From a candidate division WOR-3 bacterium (GTDB lineage: Bacteria; Hydrothermota; Tepidihabitantia; Tepidihabitantales; Tepidihabitantaceae), in assembly GCA_965649225.1 (NCBI GenBank), contig CBFGJX010000002.1:114477-178476 (forward strand): a stretch of 64,000 nucleotides of DNA, given 5' to 3'. The translations under genes were made by a program, and so were the position numbers. The notes under the pieces were generated by a model. It did no database searches. It was not told where the DNA came from and saw nothing but the letters and a program-made list of their open reading frames with translations. Positions 45,397-55,294 of this stretch are shown piece after piece; positions within the stretch are counted from its first letter, which is position 1; every line of letters starts with the position of its first letter.

Positions 45397-47478
45397 ATGA
45401 GAGCACACGCCTTACTGCTGATCATCGCACTTGCCGGCGCGGCTTTGGCAACCGATACCCTGAACTGCCGGCTCGTGGGCAACTGGCCTTTCGGCGCTGC
45501 GACGGCCGTCGCCGTCGACCCGGCGCGCCGGCTTGCGTTTCAGGCCTCGGGCGGCGGCGTACTGGTGATTGATGTTTCCAATCCGGCCAGTCCGGCGCTA
45601 ATGAGCGAGGCGATTCGCACCAACGGATTCGTCCGAGACCTGTTCCTGGCCGGGGACCGGCTCTACATCGCGCACGGCGAGGTTGCCGTGTTCGATGTCA
45701 GCAACCCTGCCGCGCCGGCGCGACTGGCCGACCTGCGCACTCCCAGCTACGCCTACGGCGTGGCGGTGCGCGATTCCTGGCTCTACGTAGCAGACCGCGA
45801 TTCTGGCCTGGTCGCCTACGGCGTGTCCAACCCGGCCCAGCCCCGGCGGTTCGGCTCGTGCGACACCCGGGGCCGGGCAACCGAGGTCGCACTGGCTGGC
45901 GACTACGCCCTTGTAGCCGACGGTGACTCGGGCCTCGTCGTGATGGGCATATCCGACCCAGCCGCGCCTTGCGAGATCGGCCGGTTGGACACACCCGGTG
46001 CGTGCCGCGCTGTCGCCGCTATCGGTCATCACGCTTATGTCGCGGATGAGACACGAGGGCTGCGCGTGATATCCTTCGCCGAACCAGGTAATCCAGTTGA
46101 GGTCTGGCATTCGGATGACCTTGACGGCGTGGCCGGGGTAGACTTTGTCGGCAACAGAGCGTATGTCATCGACTGGACGTGGGGACTGGTCACTTTTGAC
46201 GCGTCCAGCCCCGCCAGTCCGGTGCTGCTCGGTCGGTTTCCCGACTTCCTGTTCGTGCGCGGTATCGACGTCGAGGATTCTCTGGCATTCATCGGCGATT
46301 GGGATGGCGGGCTGCGCATCGTCAGCGTGGCCGACCCGGTCAACCCGTACCGCGTCGGGGCTTACGCCACGCCGGCCTGGACGCACGGCGTCGCGCTTCA
46401 CGCGGGCCATGCCTACATCGCCAACGGCTACCTCGGTCTGTATGTGCTGGACGTGAGCGACCCCGCATTTCCGCGCCGCGTCGGGCACGTCGCAACCCCG
46501 GACCAGGCGATGGCCGCAGTTGTCGCGGACGGGCGGCTGTACATCGCGGCATGGAGCCGCGGCATCCTCATATATGGCCTTGCCGACCCGGCTAACCCGG
46601 TCCTCCTGGGCAGCTTCGACACGCCCGACTACGCGATGGGCGTCTGCGTGGTCGGCGACCTCGCCTATGTCGCCGAGCGCGGCTCGGGCCTGCGCATTCT
46701 CAACGTTGCGGACCCGGCCAACCCGTATCAGGTCGGACATCGCGACACGCCCGGGCTGGCCTGCTGGGTTGCGGTGCAGGGCGGCTACGCTTATGTTGCG
46801 GACCGTGAAGCCGGCCTGCGCGTGATCGATGTGAGCGACCCGGCGAACCCGCGCGAGGTCGGTTCGCTCGACACGCCCGACTACGCTTTCGGTGTCGACG
46901 TGCTGGGCACGCTGGTCTGCATCGCCGACCGCAACAGCGGGGCGCGGCTCATCGACGTGTCCAACCCGGCGGCGCCGGTCGAGCTCGGCGTGTACGACAC
47001 CCCGGGTCAGGCGATGGCGGTCCGGCTCCAGCCGGGTTACGCCTACGTCTCGGACGCGACATCGGGGCTGCGCATACTCGCCACGGCCGACCCGGCGAAC
47101 CCGCGGCTCGCGGCCTACTACGACACGCCGCACCAGGCCTACGCAACCCATGTCGAGGCCGGCCGCTGTTACGTTGCCGATTGGGGCGCGGGCATCTGTA
47201 TCGTGGAGCCGACGCTGGGCATCGCCGAATCCAATCCGAGGTCGATTGTCACTCTGGGCAGCAGACCCAATCCGGCTCGAGACCGCGTCCGCTTCAGTGC
47301 TGACAGCCCCAGCCTGAGCCGGTTTGGACGGATTGAAATCTACACTGCGACAGGCAGACGCTTCACCACGGTCGGGCCAGACTGGGTCTGGGACTGTTCG
47401 CAGGCACCGGCCGGCATTTACTACTGCCGGCTGCCGGGCTCAGAACTGGCACCCGCCCGGATAACCATCTCCCGCTGA
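45397..47478 (+). CDS. Secreted LVIVD-repeat beta-propeller protein with T9SS-type CTD
   Basis: Signal peptide; roughly 13 ~42-aa repeats (DTP..A..V...G.YAYVAD...GLR..DVSDPANP); C-terminal RPNP...IYTATGR...PAGIYY. Confidence 0.88.
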   Translation: MRAHALLLIIALAGAALATDTLNCRLVGNWPFGAATAVAVDPARRLAFQASGGGVLVIDVSNPASPALMSEAIRTNGFVRDLFLAGDRLYIAHGEVAVFDVSNPAAPARLADLRTPSYAYGVAVRDSWLYVADRDSGLVAYGVSNPAQPRRFGSCDTRGRATEVALAGDYALVADGDSGLVVMGISDPAAPCEIGRLDTPGACRAVAAIGHHAYVADETRGLRVISFAEPGNPVEVWHSDDLDGVAGVDFVGNRAYVIDWTWGLVTFDASSPASPVLLGRFPDFLFVRGIDVEDSLAFIGDWDGGLRIVSVADPVNPYRVGAYATPAWTHGVALHAGHAYIANGYLGLYVLDVSDPAFPRRVGHVATPDQAMAAVVADGRLYIAAWSRGILIYGLADPANPVLLGSFDTPDYAMGVCVVGDLAYVAERGSGLRILNVADPANPYQVGHRDTPGLACWVAVQGGYAYVADREAGLRVIDVSDPANPREVGSLDTPDYAFGVDVLGTLVCIADRNSGARLIDVSNPAAPVELGVYDTPGQAMAVRLQPGYAYVSDATSGLRILATADPANPRLAAYYDTPHQAYATHVEAGRCYVADWGAGICIVEPTLGIAESNPRSIVTLGSRPNPARDRVRFSADSPSLSRFGRIEIYTATGRRFTTVGPDWVWDCSQAPAGIYYCRLPGSELAPARITISR

Positions 47479-47492
47479 CCGAAAACCAAACT

Positions 47493-47520
47493 CCGGCGGC
47501 CGTCTCCAGACGGCCGCCGG
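47493..47520. terminator. Perfect 12-bp hairpin after the LVIVD gene
   Basis: CCGGCGGCCGTC-TCCA-GACGGCCGCCGG between convergent genes. Confidence 0.6.
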
Positions 47521-47671
47521 CCCGCTGCCGGAGTCTGATTTTCAGGGCTGTTTATCAGCTGACCGACACCGGGCTAAAACATGCGCCCAGCCTCGATTCC
47601 GCCCCGCTGGTGCAAAACGGACCCAGCGGTCGAACTACAACCGGGCGCTGTTTCGCAATCGCTGGAACGGG

Positions 47672-47926
47672 CTAACGTTCCTCTTCTTCCTCGAAGGGTT
47701 CCTCGGCGAAGAGGTTGTCTTTGTCCTTCGTGAGCTTGCTGACCTTCAGCTCTGCCTCATCGAGCCGGGCTTTGCAGGTCTTGGCCAGTTCAACCCCACG
47801 GGCAAAAAGCTCGAGCGACTTTTCCAGTGAAAGGTTGCCCGCCTCGAGCTGTTTGACAATTGCCTCCAGCTCTGCCAGCGCCTTCTCGAAATCAACCGTC
47901 TCAACCGGCTTACCAGTTTGTGTCAT
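47672..47926 (-). CDS. xseB: Exodeoxyribonuclease VII small subunit
   Basis: FEKALAELEAIVKQLEAG.LSLEKSL..F..GV.L...C...L..AE. Confidence 0.93.
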   Translation of the reverse strand: MTQTGKPVETVDFEKALAELEAIVKQLEAGNLSLEKSLELFARGVELAKTCKARLDEAELKVSKLTKDKDNLFAEEPFEEEEER

Positions 47927-47932
47927 AACTAT

Positions 47933-49285
47933 TTATACTTCAGTTTGTTGCTGTGACGACCGTATATCGGTAACGCTGCAGCCAATCGTGCCGTCGGTAA
48001 CGGTGAGATTAATCTGCTGTCCGGGAGCAACATCCCCCGTACGCGACACAACAGCACCATCAGGCCGGCGCGCTATCGCGTATCCCCGTCTCAGGCTGGC
48101 CAGTGGCGAAAGCACCTCCAGTCGCCCGACTGATTCGGCGAGGCGAGCCCGGCCGTTCTGTAGCAGCCGTTGAACCGGACGGTCAAGCCGGGACAAAAGC
48201 CCGCGCAGTAACTCACGCCGCCGCAGCAGCCGTTCGACCGGATGCTGGCGCGTGAGCCGTTGCAGGAGTAGCGACAGTGCAGCACGGCGTTCATGTGACT
48301 GCCGCTGGACTGCAGCCGACATCCGCGCCAGTGCGGATTCAAGCCGGCGTGCGCTGTCCGACAACTTCAGACGCACGCTCTCAAATGCCCGGTGTGCAGT
48401 CAGCTCCTCAACCATTCTTGCCCGCTCGGCCAGAAACTGCTCCATCGCATCAGTGAGCCCGAGCCAGAGTTCCGCCAGGTCGCGCTCCAGTTTCTCCCAA
48501 CCCGAGGCAACCAACACGGCTGCAGCCGTCGGGGTGGCCGCCCGAACGTCGGCAACGAAGTCGGAAATCGTGAAATCCGGCTCATGACCCACCGCCGATA
48601 TCACCGGCACTGCTGATGCAGCGATGGCACGGGCAACCGACTCCTCATTGAAACACCACAGGTCCTCGATTGAACCACCGCCGCGGCCGACAATCATCAC
48701 ATCGACACCAAATTCATTCAACGCCTTGATGCCGGCGACAATTGTCGCGGCAGCACCATCACCCTGCACCTGCGCCGGATAGAGGTAAACCCGCACACGG
48801 GCGCGGTGCAGACGCATGGTGCGCAGCATGTCGCGGATAACCGCACCGGTGGGCGAGGTGACGATGCCGACCGTGCGCGGCAGGGCCGGCAGCGGCCGCT
48901 TGCGCTCAGGCGCAAACAGCCCCTCGGCCGCAAGCTTGTTTTTCAGCTGTTCGAACGCCTTTTGTAGTACACCCAGGCCCTCGGGTTCGAGCGAATCAAC
49001 GACGAGCTGGTACCGACCTGAGCCGGCGTATATCTCCAGCCTGCCGTGGGCGATGACCTGCATTCCGTCCTCAAGCCGGAACTTCAGTCGCTGGGCCGAA
49101 AACCGAAAACAAACCGCATCAATCCGCGAGTTCTCATCCTTGAGCGTAAAGTAGATATGCCCGGACGACCAGAGCTTGACTCCGGACAGCTCTCCCCGCA
49201 CCCAGACATCACCGAACTGCCCGCGCAACGCCTGGTTGGCCAGCTCGTTGAGCTGGGCAACCGTAAGAACAATGCGTTCAGGCAT
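47933..49285 (-). CDS. xseA: Exodeoxyribonuclease VII large subunit
   Basis: VWVRGELS, SGHIYFTLKD, TSPTGAVIRD, RGGGSIEDLW.FN, SAVGHE.D, TPTAAA. Confidence 0.95.
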   Translation of the reverse strand: MPERIVLTVAQLNELANQALRGQFGDVWVRGELSGVKLWSSGHIYFTLKDENSRIDAVCFRFSAQRLKFRLEDGMQVIAHGRLEIYAGSGRYQLVVDSLEPEGLGVLQKAFEQLKNKLAAEGLFAPERKRPLPALPRTVGIVTSPTGAVIRDMLRTMRLHRARVRVYLYPAQVQGDGAAATIVAGIKALNEFGVDVMIVGRGGGSIEDLWCFNEESVARAIAASAVPVISAVGHEPDFTISDFVADVRAATPTAAAVLVASGWEKLERDLAELWLGLTDAMEQFLAERARMVEELTAHRAFESVRLKLSDSARRLESALARMSAAVQRQSHERRAALSLLLQRLTRQHPVERLLRRRELLRGLLSRLDRPVQRLLQNGRARLAESVGRLEVLSPLASLRRGYAIARRPDGAVVSRTGDVAPGQQINLTVTDGTIGCSVTDIRSSQQQTEV

Positions 49286-49345
49286 TGCTGCCGGTCTCAA
49301 GCTTTGAACCCTGACTGAAAGACCGGCGCCCTGTCCGCAGTCAAG

Positions 49346-50203
49346 CTACTTCTGCGTGTAGTCGTAGAAACCCTTGCCGCTTTTGCGTCCCAGCCAGCCG
49401 GCTGCCACCATTCGTTTCAGCAGCGGGCAGGGCCGGTACTTGGAATCGCCGAGGTCGGTATGCAGCACGTTCAAGATCGCCAGACAGACATCAAGTCCGA
49501 TGAGGTCGGCCAGCGCCAGCGGGCCAATCGGGTGGTTCATACCAAGCTTCATCACTTCATCAATTGCCGCAGCGTCGGCCACGCCTGACTCCAGACAGAA
49601 GATTGCCTCGTTGATCATCGGCAGCAATACTCGGTTGGAGACAAACCCGGGCGAGTCGTTGACTACCACCGGCGTCTTGCCCAGCTCCCGGGCCAACCGC
49701 ACCGTATTTTCGACTACCACCGGTTCAGTCGCAATGCCTTTGACCACCTCAACCAACTGCATCAGCGGCACCGGGTTCATGAAATGCATGCCGACCACCT
49801 TGCCCGGCCGCTTCGTCGCACCGGCAATGGCGGTAATGCTGATCGTCGAAGTATTGCTGGCAAGAATCGCCTCCGTCGGGCAGATGCCATCCAGCTCGGC
49901 GAATATCTTCTTCTTCACTCCGAAATCCTCAACCGCTGCCTCGACCACCAGCATGCAATCCCGACAGGCATCAAGCGTGAGACCGGAGCTGATGCGCGCC
50001 TTCACTCCCTCGGCCGCGTCCGGCATCATTTTTCCCTTCTCCACCAGCTTGGCCAGTGATCTGGCAATCGTCGCCAGCCCGCGGTCAAGGTATTTCTGCT
50101 CGACATCAGTCATCACGACATCATAGCCGGCCATCGCGAAGACCTGGGCAATGCCGTTGCCCATCGTGCCAGCACCGACGACCCCGACTTTCTTTGTATT
50201 CAT
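49346..50203 (-). CDS. hbd: 3-hydroxybutyryl-CoA dehydrogenase
   Basis: [41 protein letters not shown]. Confidence 0.92.
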   Translation of the reverse strand: MNTKKVGVVGAGTMGNGIAQVFAMAGYDVVMTDVEQKYLDRGLATIARSLAKLVEKGKMMPDAAEGVKARISSGLTLDACRDCMLVVEAAVEDFGVKKKIFAELDGICPTEAILASNTSTISITAIAGATKRPGKVVGMHFMNPVPLMQLVEVVKGIATEPVVVENTVRLARELGKTPVVVNDSPGFVSNRVLLPMINEAIFCLESGVADAAAIDEVMKLGMNHPIGPLALADLIGLDVCLAILNVLHTDLGDSKYRPCPLLKRMVAAGWLGRKSGKGFYDYTQK

Positions 50204-50274
50204 CGAGTCCTCCAGGAGATATTGTCTGTGCCAATGCTAGACCAAACCGCCGGTCGGTCAAGCCGACCGTAAGG

Positions 50275-50302
50275 CCGGGCGGCGGCCGAAGCCGCCGCCC
50301 GG
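50275..50302 (-). terminator. 12-bp hairpin with cUUCGg loop after the C25 protease gene
   Basis: Minus strand CCGGGCGGCGGC-TTCG-GCCGCCGCCCGG; no U-tract. Confidence 0.65.
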
Positions 50303-50321
50303 GTTGGGCAACTGTTTCGAA

Positions 50322-53300
50322 CTACTGCAGCTTGACCGTTTTCGCCACCGCGACGGAACCGCCGGTATCAAGACGCAGGAAGTACACGCCTCGAGCCACC
50401 GGTCGGCCGGCATCATCAGTTCCATCCCAGCTCAGCGAGTGCACGCCGGCCGGCTGGCGACCGCTGACCAGACCGGCGACGAGCCGGCCTCCAAGGTCGT
50501 AAACTCCCAGCCGAACATCGGCCTCGCGTGCAAGCCGGAAGGCGAATGCAACCTGACCCCGGAACGGACTCTCCGGCCGTCGGACAAAGCCTGCCCGCAT
50601 TTCCCTGCCCCCGACTTCGGACTCGCTCAGCCCGGTCTGCAGTCGCGGCGGGTCAGTGGTGTAGCGAATCGCCTGACCGGGCACCAGCGACGCGGCCCCG
50701 CGGTGATAGCTGCCATCATAGAGATACTGAATCGCAATTGTCCGGGTCGGGTCCTGTTCTCCCAGTGTTGACGAGCTAAAACCATTGGCAGTGAGATACT
50801 GCACCACCGCCTCACAGTTGCCATCTGCCGCCGCGTGCACGGTGTCGTACAGAATCAGCTGATTCTTTTCGAAGACGCTCCGCGCTGAGTAGTAGGCAAC
50901 CGAGTCCCACTCAACAATGAACCGACCATTAGCCGCATCGTGCCAGTACCAGACACCGCCGCCAGTCGGCGGGTACAGGTCGTCCCAGTTGACAAAGAAC
51001 GCCGGGGGCAGGCCGGTGGCAGGCAACTCGGTGTTAGTGTAGGTTGAAACCGTCGTCGAACCAAGTGCAACCCAGCCATTGCCACAGATGGAAATCTGGG
51101 TGTAGTTCTGCCCGTAGAACCGGAACGGGCCGAACGCCGGCGGCAGTGAAACGACGACAGTCTGGTCGTCGGACAGCGTCAATCGGGTGCCGACCCCGTT
51201 GATTTCTACCCACTCAAAAACCGGGGCCTCGCCGTAAAGCGTATCAGTGACATCGTAGGCCCAGTACAGCGCCGGAGTCCGCGGCCCGTCCGGTATCGGG
51301 TCGATCGTCCGGATGACGCCGACGCCGATAGTGAAGCTACGGACAACGGTCGCCCCACCGCTGGAAATGTACAGCGTACACGGCAGCGAGGTCTCGCGTG
51401 GAATTGAAGTCCCAGCCCGGATTCGGAACCGGTCGCCCGCGTTGCTGCCGGTCGAATCGCGCAGGATTGTCCCGAAACTGCCAAATGAATCCAGCACACT
51501 CAGCCGGCTGTCGCCTGAGCGCAGCACCGCGGTCACGCCATAGGCGTTTCCCAAGCCGATGTTGCGCAGCGTAACGGTCAGGTCGGCGTCCTCACCGGGG
51601 TCGAGCATGCCGTTACCGTTGCCACCGGGCGGCGGGTCATCGGCCCGGTAAGAGAGATAATGCAGCTCTGGCGCACCGACAACGATTGACACCGGTGTTG
51701 TCCAGGCCGAATCGCGGTTGTCCTTCACCGTCAATGTGAAACGCAGAATGTGCCGGTTGGTGCACGCGGTCGCGACATTGAAACGGAAACCGCCGGCACC
51801 GGTCCAGGCCGAGTCCCCGGCGGCAATGTCGCCAAAACTCTTCAACGAATCGGTCACAGTTGCCCATGGGTCGGTCGTCCGCAGCCAGCCCCGCGTCCCC
51901 CGGGCGGTCGAGCTGCCCCAGTTCTTGACCCAGGTCGGCAGGTTTATCGCCTCACCCGGGTTGACGATCCGGTCATTGTTGCCACCGGCCGAGTCATCGA
52001 CAACACTGCGCAGGTACACGACATAAGGACCGCTGGTGGGCAGAGCCATCGTTATCCCCTGGTACGTCGCAAGATTGTGACCGGTGACGGTAACGATGAT
52101 TGAATCCGGGGCCAGCGTAGTGACTGACAGTGTTGCACTTCCGCCAGCATCAGTGTAGGCAACGGCGTGGATTGACGTATCACTGCGGGCGGTCAGGCAG
52201 ACGAGCGCTCCCCGAACCGGACTGCCATTTGCGCTGACCTGGACCTGCACCGGGTAGCTGCCCACCGGTATCACCGGCGGATGCTGAACAGTGATGGCAA
52301 TCGGCTCCAGCCAGTAAACATCGACGCCGCCATCGCCCATCAGGTTGTACATTTCCAGATAACGCCGGGTCGTCCCGTTCGCACCCATCTGAGCGAAGTA
52401 GTGCAGCTTGGCCTTGTTGAATCCCGCCATTATGTAGGTATTGGAGGAATCGAACATCCAGTCAAATACCCGGCGCTCAAGGGTGTCGTCCTCAGTCCAG
52501 TAGGAGGTAACCGACGAGGCGATGTGAGCGATGGCACCGCGCCGGCCGTTGCGAACCCAGGCTTCGGAAAAACACTCCGGATAGCTTGTCGAAGCGAAGT
52601 CACCGGAAAGACAGGCATAGGTCTGCACGTAGGGCACCATCTCGACATTGGTCAGGGAGTGGACATCGGCATTGGTGAAGTTCGGGTCGGCCCAGGAATT
52701 CTCCGAACCGTGTCCGGAGTAGGTGACCCACGCCCGACCGCCGTTCAACGCCTGCACTATCGGTGTGCCGCTTGAGTAATACAACCAGATTGAATCGCAG
52801 ACCACGCCGTACGGCCGGATTTTCGCCATAACGTAGCGGTGAGTCCCCTCAGCAACCTGATGGTTACCGCCATCGCTTGAGGCGATAAAGTAGGCCTTCT
52901 TCAGCCACGAACGACCAACGCTCCAGAGATTACGCTCATAGGTGACAGTCTTCTCAACCAGTGAATCAAGCTGTGCGGCGTTCGCCACCGACGCCCGGGC
53001 AACATCGATGTCGGGCAGATAATCGGCGCCGGCGACCAGCGCATAGTTCAGGTCGGTCGACGGCGAACCGGTACCCTGGCCGGTGAAATAACCGATGCGG
53101 TCAACATCGCCGACCAGCAGAACAAAGTCGGGCGGAATCGGCCAGTTGTCGTATGCGTTCTGAATGTACGCCTTCACTGCCGTTGCCGAACCACCGCCAA
53201 CCTGCGACAAAGTCCGGACAAAAACATGCCAGCCCTTCTGGCGCCGCCAACGCGCCAGCGGCTGGACATTGCCGGCCCACTCGTCCGGGACGATAATCAA

Positions 53301-53966
53301 ATAACCCACGGGCAGAGCCGGCGGGTCGTCCAGCCGGAACATCGCGCGATTGAGAACAATGCCGTCCAGCCGACCGGCAAAGGCCGGCGAATCGTAGCGT
53401 CGGGCAATGTTTCTGGTCCGACCCCAGTCGGCACCGGTCCAGCGAACATCAACCGAAAAGCGGACAGCGTAGTCCAGCCGTTTTGCCCCAGGGTCGTAAT
53501 GAAACGGGCAAACCTCAATCGCGGCAAGACGGTGACCGCGCACCTCGACTATTTCGGCGATGCGGGCAAACGGCTCTACCGGCTGCTCATAAGCCTTGGG
53601 ATCGTAGCGGAAATCGGGCGCCGTCCCGCTCTTGGGACACGGTTCCTGCCTCGGCTCGAGTGGCAGGTCCAGGGTCACGCTCTGAAAGGCCTCGAACTTC
53701 GGCTCAGCGCTCAGCACCGCGCCGTAGGGAATTTCAATCAAACGACGCAGGACCGGGACATTCGGTGCCCCGAAATCAGCAACCGCAGTAAACTGGTCGG
53801 CCTGCAGACGGATGAAAGCGCCACCGTCGGTCTGCACGGCTTCAAGCCCCGGCGCCGCCATCTCCACCGCCAACTTACCACCATCAGGTGTGTCCTGCCA
53901 GCTGACATCGACGATTCCCATCGCCAGCGCAGCGGACAGGAAAATCAAACAGGCAGCCCTGACCAT
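50322..53966 (-). CDS. Secreted C25 (gingipain-like) cysteine peptidase with propeptide and FlgD/T9SS-type CTD
   Basis: Propeptide (GAPNVP), YLIIVP, FVLLVGD, catalytic YSGHG and YACLSG, YNLMGD; C-terminal VYDLGGRLV...WDGTD..G..VARGVYF. Confidence 0.9.
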   Translation of the reverse strand: MVRAACLIFLSAALAMGIVDVSWQDTPDGGKLAVEMAAPGLEAVQTDGGAFIRLQADQFTAVADFGAPNVPVLRRLIEIPYGAVLSAEPKFEAFQSVTLDLPLEPRQEPCPKSGTAPDFRYDPKAYEQPVEPFARIAEIVEVRGHRLAAIEVCPFHYDPGAKRLDYAVRFSVDVRWTGADWGRTRNIARRYDSPAFAGRLDGIVLNRAMFRLDDPPALPVGYLIIVPDEWAGNVQPLARWRRQKGWHVFVRTLSQVGGGSATAVKAYIQNAYDNWPIPPDFVLLVGDVDRIGYFTGQGTGSPSTDLNYALVAGADYLPDIDVARASVANAAQLDSLVEKTVTYERNLWSVGRSWLKKAYFIASSDGGNHQVAEGTHRYVMAKIRPYGVVCDSIWLYYSSGTPIVQALNGGRAWVTYSGHGSENSWADPNFTNADVHSLTNVEMVPYVQTYACLSGDFASTSYPECFSEAWVRNGRRGAIAHIASSVTSYWTEDDTLERRVFDWMFDSSNTYIMAGFNKAKLHYFAQMGANGTTRRYLEMYNLMGDGGVDVYWLEPIAITVQHPPVIPVGSYPVQVQVSANGSPVRGALVCLTARSDTSIHAVAYTDAGGSATLSVTTLAPDSIIVTVTGHNLATYQGITMALPTSGPYVVYLRSVVDDSAGGNNDRIVNPGEAINLPTWVKNWGSSTARGTRGWLRTTDPWATVTDSLKSFGDIAAGDSAWTGAGGFRFNVATACTNRHILRFTLTVKDNRDSAWTTPVSIVVGAPELHYLSYRADDPPPGGNGNGMLDPGEDADLTVTLRNIGLGNAYGVTAVLRSGDSRLSVLDSFGSFGTILRDSTGSNAGDRFRIRAGTSIPRETSLPCTLYISSGGATVVRSFTIGVGVIRTIDPIPDGPRTPALYWAYDVTDTLYGEAPVFEWVEINGVGTRLTLSDDQTVVVSLPPAFGPFRFYGQNYTQISICGNGWVALGSTTVSTYTNTELPATGLPPAFFVNWDDLYPPTGGGVWYWHDAANGRFIVEWDSVAYYSARSVFEKNQLILYDTVHAAADGNCEAVVQYLTANGFSSSTLGEQDPTRTIAIQYLYDGSYHRGAASLVPGQAIRYTTDPPRLQTGLSESEVGGREMRAGFVRRPESPFRGQVAFAFRLAREADVRLGVYDLGGRLVAGLVSGRQPAGVHSLSWDGTDDAGRPVARGVYFLRLDTGGSVAVAKTVKLQ

Positions 53967-54052
53967 CACAATACCTCCGTTTGTATGCGACTTCAGGAAA
54001 ACGCACAGCCGACAGGGTTGAACGCTGCCGAACCCCCGTCGGCTTTCAAGTC

Positions 54053-54080
54053 ATTATAGAACCGGCCCGATGCGAGTCAA
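54053..54080 (-). promoter_or_regulatory. sigma70-type promoter of the C25 protease gene
   Basis: TTGACT (54080-54075), 16 nt, TATAAT (54058-54053). Confidence 0.7.
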
Positions 54081-54198
54081 CGGCAATCAGCCTTCGCGCA
54101 GCCCGCGTCGTTGCCTTTCGGCAGTTCCACCGCCGACAGCGGCCAGCAACGGGCGATACCTTGACTTGAACGACGGGTCGGCTATTTTCCTCACCAAG

Positions 54199-54978
54199 AT
54201 GGTGCGAGTGTGCGTCCTTTTCGCCGCCGGGACAAACTGCGACCGGGAAACAGCCTGGGCCTTCAATGTCGCCGGAGCTGAATCGGAAACCGTCCATATC
54301 AATCAATTCCGAAGCGGAAAGGTCACGCTGGACCGCTACCACATTCTGGCTCTCCCGGGCGGTTTCTCCTATGGCGATTACATCGCCTCGGGACGGATTC
54401 TCGCCAACGAAGTCAAGCATCACCTGCGCGAACAGATTGAGCGCTTTCTTGCCGCCGGCAAATTGATCATCGGCATCTGCAACGGATTTCAGGTACTGGT
54501 CAAATCCGGGCTGCTGCCCGGGTTTGAACAACCCTTCGAACCTCAAACGGTAACCCTCGACCACAACGACTCAGCCCGCTACGAAGACCGCTGGGTCTGG
54601 CTGAAGGTTGAACAGTCGCCCTGCGTCTTCACCCGCGACCTTGAATCGCCAATCTTTTTGCCGGTCGCACATGCCGAAGGCAAGTTTGTTGCCCGCGACG
54701 AAACTGTTATAGCCCGCCTCAACGCCAACCATCAGGTTGCTCTGCGTTATAGCGCCGCCGACGGTGGCGAACCGGAGTACCCTGAAAATCCCAACGGTTC
54801 GGTGGAGCACATTGCCGGCATCTGTGACCCTTCCGGGCGGGTGTTCGGTCTGATGCCCCATCCGGAGCGCTTCGTGATGACCGAGCATCATCCCTGGTGG
54901 CGCTCTGAACCCCGGGTAAGGGTCGATGGCATCAAGATTTTTCAAAACGCGGTGAACTATGCGCGAACAAACCTCTGA
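54199..54978 (+). CDS. purQ: Phosphoribosylformylglycinamidine synthase glutaminase subunit
   Basis: GTNCDRE, PGGFSYGD, GICNGFQ, AHAEG, NPNGS, LMPHPER. Confidence 0.95.
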   Translation: MVRVCVLFAAGTNCDRETAWAFNVAGAESETVHINQFRSGKVTLDRYHILALPGGFSYGDYIASGRILANEVKHHLREQIERFLAAGKLIIGICNGFQVLVKSGLLPGFEQPFEPQTVTLDHNDSARYEDRWVWLKVEQSPCVFTRDLESPIFLPVAHAEGKFVARDETVIARLNANHQVALRYSAADGGEPEYPENPNGSVEHIAGICDPSGRVFGLMPHPERFVMTEHHPWWRSEPRVRVDGIKIFQNAVNYARTNL

Positions 54979-55294
54979 CAAACAGCGCCGGCGTATCAAG
55001 GCGCACCCTGTCCTGGAGTTTCCTCCCCGGCAGGCAATCGAGTTCTGGTTCGAAGGCAAACGGATGAAGGGTCAGGCCGGCGACACAATCGCCGCAGCCC
55101 TCATCGCCAACGGCATCGACGTCTTCCGCCACACCGAGCGTACCGGCCGACCCCGGGGCTTTTTCTGCGCGGTCGGCAAATGCTCGTCCTGTCTGATGGT
55201 GGTTGACGGCCAGCCGAATGTGACGGTCTGTACTGAACCGCTGCGGCCCGGAGTCCGGGTCGAGCGCCAGACCGGACGCGGGAGGTTGCCATGA
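54959..55294 (+). CDS. (2Fe-2S)-binding protein (sarcosine oxidase alpha N-terminal-like)
   Basis: GDTIAAAL, RPRGFFCAVGKCSSC...VC. Confidence 0.85.
   Translation: MREQTSDKQRRRIKAHPVLEFPPRQAIEFWFEGKRMKGQAGDTIAAALIANGIDVFRHTERTGRPRGFFCAVGKCSSCLMVVDGQPNVTVCTEPLRPGVRVERQTGRGRLP

Noticed and set aside
45598..47151. Long antisense ORF (also 26182-27567, 37347-38495, 55072-56121, 60271-62094)
   Set aside because: Shadow frames of well-supported genes in GC-rich DNA, with no recognisable motifs
45397..47478. CRISPR or DNA tandem repeat
   Set aside because: Repeats are degenerate protein-level LVIVD units; no identical repeat-spacer array was seen in the window
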